Origin: Bacteroidota bacterium
GTDB taxonomy: Bacteria; Bacteroidota; Bacteroidia; B-17B0; Aurantibacillaceae
DNA length: 64,000 nt
Reading direction: 5' to 3'
Assembly: GCA_034439635.1 (NCBI GenBank)
Contig: JAWXAS010000035.1
Span: 33,297 to 97,296, forward strand
A program made the position numbers and the translations under genes. This document shows, in pieces, positions 54,757 through 64,000 of the stretch (position 1 is its first letter; each line of letters opens with the position of its first letter). The notes below the pieces were generated by a model. It was not told where the DNA came from. It saw only the letters and a list, made by a program, of their open reading frames with translations, and made no database searches.

Positions 54757-54792
54757 TTTTTGATCTTAAATTTTTTTTAAGATCGATAACCG

Positions 54793-54874
54793 TGGGGACA
54801 GGAGGATTCGAACCTCCGAAGACGAAGTCAACAGATTTACAGTCTGTCCCATTTGGCCACTCTGGTATATCCCC
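54793..54874 (-). tRNA. trnY: tRNA-Tyr(GTA)
   Basis: Anticodon arm ACAGA-CTGTAAA-TCTGT; long variable arm. Confidence 0.95.
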
Positions 54875-54887
54875 TTTAATTAAAAAG

Positions 54888-54960
54888 AGCCGAAGAAGGG
54901 ACTCGAACCCCCGACCGCCTGATTACAAATCAGGAGCTCTACCAGCTGAGCTACTTCGGC
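54888..54960 (-). tRNA. trnT: tRNA-Thr(TGT)
   Basis: Acceptor GCCGAAG/CTTCGGC; anticodon arm CCTGA-TTTGTAA-TCAGG. Confidence 0.95.
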
Positions 54961-55009
54961 TTTTAATGCTTTAAATGTTAAAGAACTATCCCCAAAAATT
55001 TAGGGACTG

Positions 55010-55040
55010 CAAAATTAATTATTAATTCGGTTTAAACAAA
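55010..55040 (-). promoter_or_regulatory. Bacteroidota housekeeping-sigma promoter of the tRNA-tuf operon
   Basis: Minus strand TTTG (55040-55037), 19 nt, TAATTTTG (55017-55010); matches the TTTG-N19-21-TAnnTTTG consensus. Confidence 0.75.
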
Positions 55041-55097
55041 AGAAAAATCGAAATATTTACACATTTTTTTAATAGGCTGTAAATATAGGAAAATAAG

Positions 55098-56456
55098 CTA
55101 TTTAAGGGTTCCCAGATCCTTATTAAAAATTTGAAAATTGGAGGGTAAATAATTGTTGATTCGGGTATCCAGATTTTTGCCCCAACCAAGGCCAAAACCC
55201 TTGCTGGTAAAGAGTTTCAAGCCCTTTGAAGCGTTTTGAAGTAAAAAAGACTCCTTTTTTAAGTACTTAATAGCTTCACTATCAGATAATTCAATGCTAT
55301 TAATTGATGTATTGGTAAAATTTGAAAGTGCCAAAAAGTGATGCGGGATCAATTCGTTATGTTTTAACTCACCTAGGGGTGTTCCTACCGACTTGAAGTA
55401 AAGTTCACTTTTACATGAATTGATAAATTGCAAACAATTATTATTCAATAATTTAAATTCATTATTATGATTGATCACTTTATGATTATCATCAAGAATT
55501 ATGAAGTTTTCAAGAACTCGAATTTCGGCTTTTGTTGCCTCTTTGAACGTGTTCTTTTTAGCCAAGTTCATAGATTCAGTTTCAGCAGAAACTTTCAAAA
55601 CGCAACAGAAAAATCCCTCCCCTAGAATTTTATAGGGGTAAAATCTAAATCCAAAACCCGTGTCTTCAATTCCCCAATTTGGATCAATATCAATTTTAAC
55701 AACCTCCATGCCATGTTCAGATACCAGCCATTTCACTATCTCTTCGTTCTCTGAGCTTGAATAACTGCAAGTACTATACACCAAATGCCCATTCGGCCTC
55801 AAAGCAGGCAAAACATCGGCTAAAATGGCTCTTTGACGAGAACTGCAATGGGCAACGGAATCTAAACTCCACTCATTAACCGCATCTTCTTGCTTTCTGA
55901 ACAGGCCACTTCCACTGCAAGGAGCATCAACTAACACTATATCAAAAATACCTTTAAGCTTTGAAAATGAACGTGTTTCGCTATTGGTAACGGCATGATT
56001 ACAATTCCCCCACTTGGCCAAATTGTAGGCTAAAACATCTGCCCTATTCTTTACCACTTCGTTGGAAACCAAAACGCTTTTTTTATTCAAACACGAACCT
56101 AAAATGGTTGATTTTCCTCCGGGTGCGGCGCAAATATCCAAGGCAAAAAGTTCCTCATCAAAATTCACCACCTGTTTTAATACATGCTCAACAAACATCG
56201 ACGAGGCTTCTTGCACATAATAGCAGCCCGCATGAAACAAAGGATCGGACGTAAAAATCGGCCGCTCTTTTAGGTAAAACGCCTCTTTAGCCCAAGGAAC
56301 AATTTCGCCAACTTCAAAATTTAAACCGGTTTTTTTAAAGGGGTTGAGGCGAATTGAGGTTGGAGCTTGTGTTTGGTGTGCTTTTATAAATGCATCTTCA
56401 TTAAAACCCAGAATGTGTTTTAAACTGTTTATAAAATCTGGGGGGAACGAAGACAT
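55098..56456 (-). CDS. rsmF: RsmB/NOP/RsmF-family rRNA m5C methyltransferase
   Basis: LDICAAPGGKS, DAPCSGSG, YSTCS and ENEE motifs; RsmF-type C-terminal domains. Confidence 0.85.
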   Translation of the reverse strand: MSSFPPDFINSLKHILGFNEDAFIKAHQTQAPTSIRLNPFKKTGLNFEVGEIVPWAKEAFYLKERPIFTSDPLFHAGCYYVQEASSMFVEHVLKQVVNFDEELFALDICAAPGGKSTILGSCLNKKSVLVSNEVVKNRADVLAYNLAKWGNCNHAVTNSETRSFSKLKGIFDIVLVDAPCSGSGLFRKQEDAVNEWSLDSVAHCSSRQRAILADVLPALRPNGHLVYSTCSYSSSENEEIVKWLVSEHGMEVVKIDIDPNWGIEDTGFGFRFYPYKILGEGFFCCVLKVSAETESMNLAKKNTFKEATKAEIRVLENFIILDDNHKVINHNNEFKLLNNNCLQFINSCKSELYFKSVGTPLGELKHNELIPHHFLALSNFTNTSINSIELSDSEAIKYLKKESFLLQNASKGLKLFTSKGFGLGWGKNLDTRINNYLPSNFQIFNKDLGTLK

Positions 56457-56485
56457 GGTTCGTGTTTAAAAAATAAATTTGCTGC

Positions 56486-56974
56486 GTGGATATTGTCAAA
56501 GTTCGTAAAATAAAACTGAGTTTACCACAAGCCCTCAAAAAAATAAAACATTGGTGTGCTTATCAAGAAAGGGCGCACTATGAAACGCGAGGCAAGTTGT
56601 TTGATTATGGATTGAGTGCCAGCGATATTGAAGAAGCACTTGCAGTATTAGTTTCGGAGAATTATTTGAATGAAGAGCGCTTTGCCGAAACGTTTGCGAG
56701 AGGGAAATTTAGAATAAAACAATGGGGCAAAAACAAAATTAAGGCCGAATTAAAATTTAAAAAAGTAAGTGATTATTCTATAAATAAAGCACTCAAACAA
56801 ATAGACAACACTGATTATAGAAAAACAATTGAAAAATTGCTCGAACGTAAGCTAAGAGAAACAAAAGAAAAGGTACCTTACAAGAAGAATTACAAAGTTC
56901 TTCAATACGCGATAAGCAGAGGCTTTGAACAAGACATTGTGGCGGATGTTTTAAAATTAATAACAGAACACTAA
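56486..56974 (+). CDS. recX: Regulatory protein RecX
   Basis: CAYQER...YLNEERFA...KQWGKNKIKAELK...SRGFE motifs. Confidence 0.9.
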   Translation: MDIVKVRKIKLSLPQALKKIKHWCAYQERAHYETRGKLFDYGLSASDIEEALAVLVSENYLNEERFAETFARGKFRIKQWGKNKIKAELKFKKVSDYSINKALKQIDNTDYRKTIEKLLERKLRETKEKVPYKKNYKVLQYAISRGFEQDIVADVLKLITEH

Positions 56975-56986
56975 CGTATTATATAT

Positions 56987-57775
56987 ATGAATTTAGATCT
57001 TAAAAATAAACGCGCCGTAGTTTGCGGAAGCACACAGGGCATTGGAAAAGCAGTGGCCATGGAACTTGCAGCTATGGGATGCAACGTAACTTTAATTGCG
57101 CGCAACGAAGAATCGTTGAAAAAAACAAAGAATGAATTACCTATAAGTGGCAATCAAGTGCATTCGTATTTATGTGTTGATTTTGGAGATCAAGTAAAGT
57201 TGAAAGAATTGATTGAGGCTTTCATTCAACGCACAGGACCTGTAAATATTTTAATTAATAATACCGGCGGCCCCGCTGCGGGGCCTGCAAACATGGCCAA
57301 AACAGAAGAGTTTATTAGCGCATTCAATCAGCATTTAATATGCAATCATATTTTAGCTCAAGCGTGTATTGAAGGGATGAAGAATTTGGGTTATGGGCGC
57401 ATTATTAATATTATTTCAACTTCTGTAAAACAACCGCTTCCAAACTTGGGTGTTAGTAATACCATTCGTGCTGCCGTTGCAAATTGGGCAAAAACATTGG
57501 CCAATGAATTAGCAAAGCACAATATTACCGTTAATAATGTACTACCGGGAGCCACAGCAACACAGCGTTTAAGTAACATCATAGATAATAAGGCGTTGAA
57601 AACAAACGCAAGTAATGATACGGTAAAAAAAGAAATGCTGCACGAAATTCCGATGGGCAGATTCGCTGAAGCATCAGAGATAGCAAGCGCTGTAGCGTTT
57701 TTGGCTAGTCCGGCCGCATCCTATATTACAGGTATAAATGTACCTGTTGATGGGGGAAGAACGGGTTGTTTATAA
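56987..57775 (+). CDS. SDR family oxidoreductase
   Basis: GSTQGIG, NNTGGP, NNVLPG and PVDGG; atypical S-x3-R in place of YxxxK. Confidence 0.92.
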   Translation: MNLDLKNKRAVVCGSTQGIGKAVAMELAAMGCNVTLIARNEESLKKTKNELPISGNQVHSYLCVDFGDQVKLKELIEAFIQRTGPVNILINNTGGPAAGPANMAKTEEFISAFNQHLICNHILAQACIEGMKNLGYGRIINIISTSVKQPLPNLGVSNTIRAAVANWAKTLANELAKHNITVNNVLPGATATQRLSNIIDNKALKTNASNDTVKKEMLHEIPMGRFAEASEIASAVAFLASPAASYITGINVPVDGGRTGCL

Positions 57776-57859
57776 CCTTTACTGAATTCAACAAATCGTT
57801 GTTACTAAGTTGATAACCATGCTCTAAACGCGAGTTACATTAACCGGTATTTTAGTGAC

Positions 57860-59308
57860 ATGATAAAATTTTTAATTATTACGTTCAATGCATTCCTGTT
57901 TTTTATAATCAGCCTCTTCTCTGGAGCTGACGGAATAAGCATCACAAGCAATTTACCAACATCAATGCAACCGGGCCAGGAGGTTGAGATTGAAGTGAAG
58001 ATTACCAAGGGTGGTCTTGGCGGATTTGCAAAGTTTCAATTAGAAATACCCGAAGGCTTTACTGCTACTGAGGTAGATAGTAAAGGGGCTAACTACAGTT
58101 TTGCAACTGGGCTTGCGAAATGGGTTTGGCCTGCGCTTCCAACCGAAAGCGATGTTGTTATTAAATTCAAATTAAAAGCAGACGCAAGCATGTCGGGCGC
58201 TAAATCTGTTTCGGGTAAGTTTTCTTATGTAGAAAATAATGCTAAGCAAGTTGTAGAAATGCCTCCTGTAGAGATAATGATAGGCGGCGATGGTGCAGTA
58301 GCAACCGAAAATACAAGCACGCCAACAAACACTACATCTTCAAGCACACCAACAGTAGCAACCACAACACCTACTATATCAAGTACACCTACAATTGCAA
58401 CAACACCAACTGTAGCAAGTACGCCAACCACGGAAGTTGCCAATACAACACCAACTACAAGCTTAAATGATGAGCCAGGCGCCAATGTTACAGTATTAAG
58501 GAACATTAAGCCAACAAGTAACCCAGATGAACATTTAATAGAATTAAAAATAAGTAAAGGTTCTATTAAAGGGTTTGCAAAGTTTAGCGACGATCTTCCA
58601 AATGGATACACTGCTAAATCAGTAGGTACTTCCGAAAGTTCTTTCTCAGTGGCAGATGGTAAAGTGAAATTTGTTTGGGTAACGCTTCCTTCTCAAGAAG
58701 AAATAACTATCTCTTATTTATTAAGTGGTAGAAGCGTGTCGATGGTGGAACTAACAGGTGAGTTTTCTTATCTTGCAAATGATCAAAGCAAAAAATTCAT
58801 TATGCAAAAAGTTACTATACCTAATACACCTTCTGCAGAAATAGCTCAAACACCTACTTCTACTCCAACAATGACAGAAACTCCTACAAACACAGTAGTT
58901 ACAACACCTACAAATACCGAAGTGGCAGTTACAACAAACACTGTTACTCCTACTGAAACTCCTACAAATACAGGAAATAACAATACTGAAAATACAGCTA
59001 CTAATATCACCGAAAATCGTTCGGGAAGTATTAACTACCGTGTTCAAATAGGTGCTTTTAGTAATTCAAGCGTTACTTCGGGTACTTTATCAAGAAAATT
59101 TGGTGTAAAAGGTAATATCATTAGCGAAATGCAAGCAGGCTTAAATAAATTTATGGTTGGCAACCATAATGAGTATAAAGAAGCTCGTGATCAACGCGAA
59201 ACAATAAGACCTTCGATCAATTCGGCATTTGTGGTTGCTTATAACGGTGCTAAGCGTGTTACCGTTCAGGAAGCTTTAATGCTAACAAATCAGAAATGGT
59301 TCAAATAA
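57860..59308 (+). CDS. Exported protein: two cohesin/Ig-like domains, Thr/Pro linkers, C-terminal SPOR-like domain
   Basis: Signal peptide; two ITKG..GFAKF...P.G.TA...K.VW domains; TPT-rich linkers; YRVQIGAF...KFMVG...AFVVAY. Confidence 0.8.
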   Translation: MIKFLIITFNAFLFFIISLFSGADGISITSNLPTSMQPGQEVEIEVKITKGGLGGFAKFQLEIPEGFTATEVDSKGANYSFATGLAKWVWPALPTESDVVIKFKLKADASMSGAKSVSGKFSYVENNAKQVVEMPPVEIMIGGDGAVATENTSTPTNTTSSSTPTVATTTPTISSTPTIATTPTVASTPTTEVANTTPTTSLNDEPGANVTVLRNIKPTSNPDEHLIELKISKGSIKGFAKFSDDLPNGYTAKSVGTSESSFSVADGKVKFVWVTLPSQEEITISYLLSGRSVSMVELTGEFSYLANDQSKKFIMQKVTIPNTPSAEIAQTPTSTPTMTETPTNTVVTTPTNTEVAVTTNTVTPTETPTNTGNNNTENTATNITENRSGSINYRVQIGAFSNSSVTSGTLSRKFGVKGNIISEMQAGLNKFMVGNHNEYKEARDQRETIRPSINSAFVVAYNGAKRVTVQEALMLTNQKWFK

Positions 59309-59332
59309 ATTTACTATTTTTACCATGTAATT

Positions 59333-61678
59333 ATGTACAAAAGGATATCGGTTCTTATACTACTGTTATTTGCCGGCTATGCTAAGGCACAGACAGATAC
59401 TGCCGCTTCGCCTTTAGACAAACTCACTCCTGAGGAACTTATTCAGTATTATATTAATGAGCCTGAGCCTTTTTCGAAGTTTCGTGGCCCAGAAAAAGTT
59501 GGCGATTCCTTATTCGGAAACCTAAATACACAAGTTATTCCTACTCAAACGGTAGAAGCAAAAGGTTTATATCACGAGGGGATAGATGAAAGCGCTGATT
59601 CTACAGTGGCTGATTCAGCTTTCGTTTCAACTGCCCAGGCCATGAAGCCTAAAGTTTCATTAGGAGCAGGTCGTTTAGGTTTTTACGGAGACCTTTACAG
59701 TAAGAATCTTCAATCGCCCTTAACCGCCCGTTGGGGTTTTGATCTTAATCTTTCGCAAAGACTTACTCGCTATCTTCAGTTGAACTTTAATGTTATGTTT
59801 GGTAAGCTAGGTGCTAACGAACGCTCGTTATACAACAACTCTAATTTTATTTCAGAGATTCGCGCAGGTGGAGTTAACTTGATGTACGATTTTGGAAATT
59901 TTATTCCGGATAGATACATTGTAAGGCCCTATTTCACTATTGGAATATCGGGATTTGAGTTCTTGAGTAAAACAGATGTTTTAGATGCGAATGGAAACGC
60001 ATATTACTACTGGAGTGATGGAAGTATTAAAAATATGCCTGAAACTGCAACGGGTTCTCAATATGCAATTGATTTAAGACGTGATTATGTGTATGAGACC
60101 GACATTAGAGAAAGCAATGTGAGTTTATTTGGCAAATACCCTGAGCGATCGTTTTCTACTGTGTATGGTGCAGGTATTGTAATGAAAATTACAGAGCGAG
60201 TTGATCTGAAGTTCAATTACCAAATGTACATCACTGCCACCGACTATATTGATGGGTTGACAAAAGAAAACGGCGGAAATAAACATAAAGATAAATTCAC
60301 GTACTCATCCATTTCACTACAATACGATTTGCTCGCAAAACCACTCAAAATCAAAAAGAAGAAGAAACCTGTTGTTGATCCATCTACTATCGATTGGCTT
60401 GCTCTTGACAAAAGCGATTACGATAAAGACGGTGTTGATGACATGAAAGATAATTGCCAAGGAACTCCAAAAGAAGTAAAAGTAAATTCTGATGGGTGCC
60501 CTGAAGACACCGACGGTGATGGCATAGAAGATTTTAGAGATGATGAAATAAATACGCCAAAGGGAATGGTTGTTGACACGAAAGGTGTTGCCGCAAATGA
60601 TGAGTATTGGAAAAAATGGTATGATCAGTATATGAATGACTCCACAGATGCTAACATGACCACGGAATACATAGGAAACACATTTGCATTAAAGAGTAAT
60701 AAACCAAAATTTGATCTCGACAAAGAAGTTTACACAGTTGAGCTTGCGCGTTACGAAGGCGCCATACCAAGCGATGAAATGGCATTCCTTTTAAGTATTG
60801 GAGACATTAACTCAACTACTCTAGAAAATGGAACTACAGTTGTTTATACTTCGGGCAGATTTAATAAAGTAAAAAATGTTTTGAAGAGTCGAGATGAATT
60901 TGTAAAAATGGGTAACGCTAATGCTGGAATCTCTAAATTAAAAGGAAAAAATATTACTCGCTTAAGTGAAGAAGATGTTCAAAAATTATTGGCTGCCGAA
61001 ACCAAAGCGATGGAAGACCTTAAAGCCGGTTCAGACTCAACTAGCATTGCCAATGCTAATATTGAGAATATCGCAAGCGAAGGTTTTGGTCCAGACGATA
61101 TTGTTTACCGTGTTCAATTAGGAGCATTTAAAAACAAGATTTCTTCGAGTGTATTTAACACGAGCGCTGGCGTATTAGAACTTAAATCAGGAGAAAGTGT
61201 TTACAGATATGTAACAAGAGGTTATAAAACAATTGAAGATGCAGCCCAAGTGCGTGCCGATTTGGTGATCCAAGGCTATAGCGATGCCTTTGTAACGGCT
61301 TATAAAGGCGGTAAGCGTATTCCAATGAGTCAAACGCAAGCTAAGGTTGAAAAAGGATATAAAGAGGATTTGAATGAGAATAAAATGTTTAGTTCTGTGA
61401 ACAAGAAACTAGTTCTATTCAAAATTCAATTAGGTCCTAATAAACGCCCTGCGCAGGTTGCTTCAGCCGACGAAAAATACAAAGACCTCAAAAATCTTGA
61501 GAAGCAATCTACTACAACAGGCAATATCCGTTTCACTACCGGTAGTTTTCCGGGATATGACGCCGCTGAGAAGTATCGTAAAGAACTGGAAAGCAAAGGA
61601 TTTAATGATGCTTTCATCATTGCAACCTTTAAAGACGAGCTTATATCGATTCAGGAAGCCCTTGAACTTTTAAAATAA
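59333..61678 (+). CDS. Outer-membrane beta-barrel + TSP3 repeats + three SPOR-like domains
   Basis: Signal peptide; amphipathic strands (GRLGFYGDL, RPYFTIG, TDYIDG, ISLQYDL); DYDKDGVDD..DNC...DGCPEDTDGDGIED; three Y/F-x-VQLG-type domains. Confidence 0.8.
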   Translation: MYKRISVLILLLFAGYAKAQTDTAASPLDKLTPEELIQYYINEPEPFSKFRGPEKVGDSLFGNLNTQVIPTQTVEAKGLYHEGIDESADSTVADSAFVSTAQAMKPKVSLGAGRLGFYGDLYSKNLQSPLTARWGFDLNLSQRLTRYLQLNFNVMFGKLGANERSLYNNSNFISEIRAGGVNLMYDFGNFIPDRYIVRPYFTIGISGFEFLSKTDVLDANGNAYYYWSDGSIKNMPETATGSQYAIDLRRDYVYETDIRESNVSLFGKYPERSFSTVYGAGIVMKITERVDLKFNYQMYITATDYIDGLTKENGGNKHKDKFTYSSISLQYDLLAKPLKIKKKKKPVVDPSTIDWLALDKSDYDKDGVDDMKDNCQGTPKEVKVNSDGCPEDTDGDGIEDFRDDEINTPKGMVVDTKGVAANDEYWKKWYDQYMNDSTDANMTTEYIGNTFALKSNKPKFDLDKEVYTVELARYEGAIPSDEMAFLLSIGDINSTTLENGTTVVYTSGRFNKVKNVLKSRDEFVKMGNANAGISKLKGKNITRLSEEDVQKLLAAETKAMEDLKAGSDSTSIANANIENIASEGFGPDDIVYRVQLGAFKNKISSSVFNTSAGVLELKSGESVYRYVTRGYKTIEDAAQVRADLVIQGYSDAFVTAYKGGKRIPMSQTQAKVEKGYKEDLNENKMFSSVNKKLVLFKIQLGPNKRPAQVASADEKYKDLKNLEKQSTTTGNIRFTTGSFPGYDAAEKYRKELESKGFNDAFIIATFKDELISIQEALELLK

Positions 61679-61743
61679 GTTAAATTCCTAACTTTGGCCC
61701 GACTTTTGAAATTAATATGTAACTTTAATTTAAATTTAATACT

Positions 61744-62034
61744 ATGAAAAAACTTGCTTTAACAATTGCCTCAGTGGCTGCATTTTATTTTGCAAACGCA
61801 CAAGAAATACAACAACCAACTCAAACTCCAACAAAGAAAAAAACAACTGCTCCAACAGATAAAAGAGAAGCGACACATACTACTGAAGCTACAACAAGTA
61901 CGGCAGAAAAAAATCCAAACGCTAGTTCAACTACCGATCCGAAAAAATCAGGTACGCGAATGGCTATTAACGAAAAAGGCTTACCAGGAGAGAAAAAACC
62001 GGCAAAAACTACACCGGCAGCAACTCCAAAATAA
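61744..62034 (+). CDS. Small exported low-complexity (Thr/Lys/Pro) protein
   Basis: Signal MKKLALTIASVAAFYFANAQ; followed by a terminator. Confidence 0.75.
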   Translation: MKKLALTIASVAAFYFANAQEIQQPTQTPTKKKTTAPTDKREATHTTEATTSTAEKNPNASSTTDPKKSGTRMAINEKGLPGEKKPAKTTPAATPK

Positions 62035-62041
62035 TAGTATT

Positions 62042-62068
62042 AAAACCACCCTTGCGGTGGTTTTTTTT
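62042..62068 (+). terminator. Rho-independent terminator
   Basis: aaaaccacc-cttgc-ggtggtttt plus a T run. Confidence 0.85.
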
Positions 62069-62101
62069 ATTTAATCAATTAATTTAGCATAAATTTAAAA
62101 C

Positions 62102-63982
62102 GTGCTAGATAATTATTTTTCCCAGTTATTTTTGCTTGTAAAGCGTTTGCTGCTGGTTTATTTGGCGTACTTTATTTGTCGCGTATTCTTCTACGCTTTT
62201 AATCAACCACTTTTTAGCGACATTGGTTTTTTGGAGCGACTCACCATTTATTTTTACGCAATTCGTTTCGATACATTCAGTATTCTGGTTTGCAATTCTC
62301 TCTTCATTTTATTCTCAGCTCTTCCTGTTACTGTTTTTTACAATGCTACTTATCAAAGAGTACTGCTATGGCTTTATACCCTTACAAACAGCGTTTTTAT
62401 CCTTTTTAATCTTGTTGATATTGTTTACTTCCCTTATATCAAAAAACGTTCTACGGCCGATATCTTTAATCAAATGGGCGGACAAACCGATATGTCGACA
62501 CTTTTACCACAATACATCAAAGATTTTTGGTACCTCCTTTTGATCTTTATCGTTCTTGTTTTTTTACTAGTACGCCTTTATAAAAAAATTAAAATTTCAG
62601 CAAGGGTTTATATCTACAAAGGCAAAAGCATTGTTTATTTAACGCTTGTTTTTCTTCTAACCTGCTCCTTAACCTTACTTGGGATTCGAGGCGGTTTTCA
62701 AAAAATACCCATCGACGTAGTAGATGCCGGCCAATACACCAAAACACAATATACCAGCTTGGTGCTTAACAGTCCTTTTACCATTATAAAATCATTTGAA
62801 AAAAAGGAGTTAACTATTTTGGAATTTGGTATTACCAACGCTGAATCCATTTTCAATCCTATTCATCATTACAAGAACGACACTCTACAAAAGCTAAATA
62901 TTGTAGTGATCATGATGGAGAGTTGTGCCAAAGAATACACCAAGATGGGGAAATTAAGAAGTTACACGCCCTTTTTGGATAGCTTGATGGATCATTCTCT
63001 CACTTTTACCAACGCATTTGCAAACGGACATAAATCCATTGAAGGAATTCCGGCCATTTTATCTTCTATGCCTACACTAATGGAAGATCCGTTTATAAAT
63101 AGCACTTACGCCACAAATTTTTATCCGTCTTTCGCCACTGTTTTAAATGCCGAAGGATATAAAAGCGCTTTCTTTCATGGTGGCACCAATGGAACTATGA
63201 ATTTTGACAGCTATGCACAACAGAACGGTTATAACGCCTATTTTGGAAGAACGGAATATGCAAATGATGGAGATTTTGATGGCTCTTGGGGTATTTGGGA
63301 TGAGCCATTTTTGAATTTTAGCATAAAAAAAATGACGGAAATGAAACAACCCTTTCACTCGGCCATTTTTACCTTAAGCGCGCATCATCCTTATAAAATT
63401 CCGGAAAAATACAAGGAGAAATTTGCAAAAGGAAACCTTGAAATTCATGAAAGCATAGGTTATGCCGATCATGCCATCCGTTTGTTCTTTAAGGAAGCAA
63501 AAAAACAAGCCTGGTATAATAATACACTGTTTGTTCTTGTTGCAGATCACAGCAGTATTAGTAACCACCCATTTTTTAGAAATAATGTTGGGCAATTTGC
63601 CATTCCTGTACTTTTTTTTAAACCCGATAACAGCCTAAAACGTATGTACAGAAAGGTTTTTCAGCAATCGGATATTTTGCCGAGTGTACTTGATATTGTT
63701 GGATATAATAAACCATTTTTTAGTTTTGGCAAGAGTTACTCTGATACGTTGAATCGTTATGCAGTTTATTATACCGATTCGCGACACTATTTTTTAAATG
63801 ATTCGCTAGCCATTGATCTTATCAATTACAACATCAATAACGTTGTGAATTATAGAAGAGATTCGATACTTGAAAAAGGTCTCATAACCTTCTCCCCTTT
63901 TGAATCAGAAAAACGCTACTGCCAGGCCTACTTGCAGGTATATAACAAAAGGCTTATTAATAATGCCTGTACTGCAAAATAA
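62102..63982 (+). CDS. LTA synthase / phosphoglycerol transferase family protein
   Basis: Five TM helices, then IMMES, KSIEG, TLSAHHPY and LVADH sulfatase-like motifs. Confidence 0.9.
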   Translation: MLDNYFSQLFLLVKRLLLVYLAYFICRVFFYAFNQPLFSDIGFLERLTIYFYAIRFDTFSILVCNSLFILFSALPVTVFYNATYQRVLLWLYTLTNSVFILFNLVDIVYFPYIKKRSTADIFNQMGGQTDMSTLLPQYIKDFWYLLLIFIVLVFLLVRLYKKIKISARVYIYKGKSIVYLTLVFLLTCSLTLLGIRGGFQKIPIDVVDAGQYTKTQYTSLVLNSPFTIIKSFEKKELTILEFGITNAESIFNPIHHYKNDTLQKLNIVVIMMESCAKEYTKMGKLRSYTPFLDSLMDHSLTFTNAFANGHKSIEGIPAILSSMPTLMEDPFINSTYATNFYPSFATVLNAEGYKSAFFHGGTNGTMNFDSYAQQNGYNAYFGRTEYANDGDFDGSWGIWDEPFLNFSIKKMTEMKQPFHSAIFTLSAHHPYKIPEKYKEKFAKGNLEIHESIGYADHAIRLFFKEAKKQAWYNNTLFVLVADHSSISNHPFFRNNVGQFAIPVLFFKPDNSLKRMYRKVFQQSDILPSVLDIVGYNKPFFSFGKSYSDTLNRYAVYYTDSRHYFLNDSLAIDLINYNINNVVNYRRDSILEKGLITFSPFESEKRYCQAYLQVYNKRLINNACTAK

Positions 63983-64000
63983 ATATTCCGTATTTTCGTT

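Noticed and set aside
58300-59010. DNA tandem repeat or contingency locus in Thr/Pro-rich linkers
   Set aside because: Low complexity at the protein level with varied codons; no exact nucleotide tandem unit.

Overview
AT-rich chromosomal window from a Bacteroidota bacterium, judged from T9SS type A and B sorting tails, a PorP/SprF gene, a TTTG-N19-TAnnTTTG promoter and the Bacteroidota-type tRNA-tuf-secE-nusG-rplKAJL-rpoBC order. The core genes are groES/groEL, rluD, the rpoBC cluster with five tRNAs, an rsmF-like methyltransferase and recX. Between them lie envelope and secreted-protein genes: six recognisable T9SS cargo proteins (a probable seventh runs off the left edge), an alpha-2-macroglobulin, pbpC, SPOR-domain proteins, an ECF sigma/anti-sigma pair and an LTA-synthase-family protein. 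The best candidate for an undescribed system is the 1988-10925 operon. It encodes two lipoproteins resembling a split DUF1549/DUF1553, a Tat-exported DUF1501-like alkaline-phosphatase-fold protein, a lipoprotein c-type cytochrome with a non-canonical CX4CH motif, an Ig-like lipoprotein, and a type-B T9SS cargo with its PorP/SprF partner. Other oddities are a one-base frameshift in the A2M N-terminus, a lipoprotein gene apparently starting at ATT, a beta-barrel-TSP3-triple-SPOR protein, a truncated nuclease ending beside a REP-like hairpin, and nested hairpin insertions in the tRNA operon. All family assignments come from motif recognition by eye; no database search was run. No CRISPR array, integrase, transposase or prophage gene was seen.
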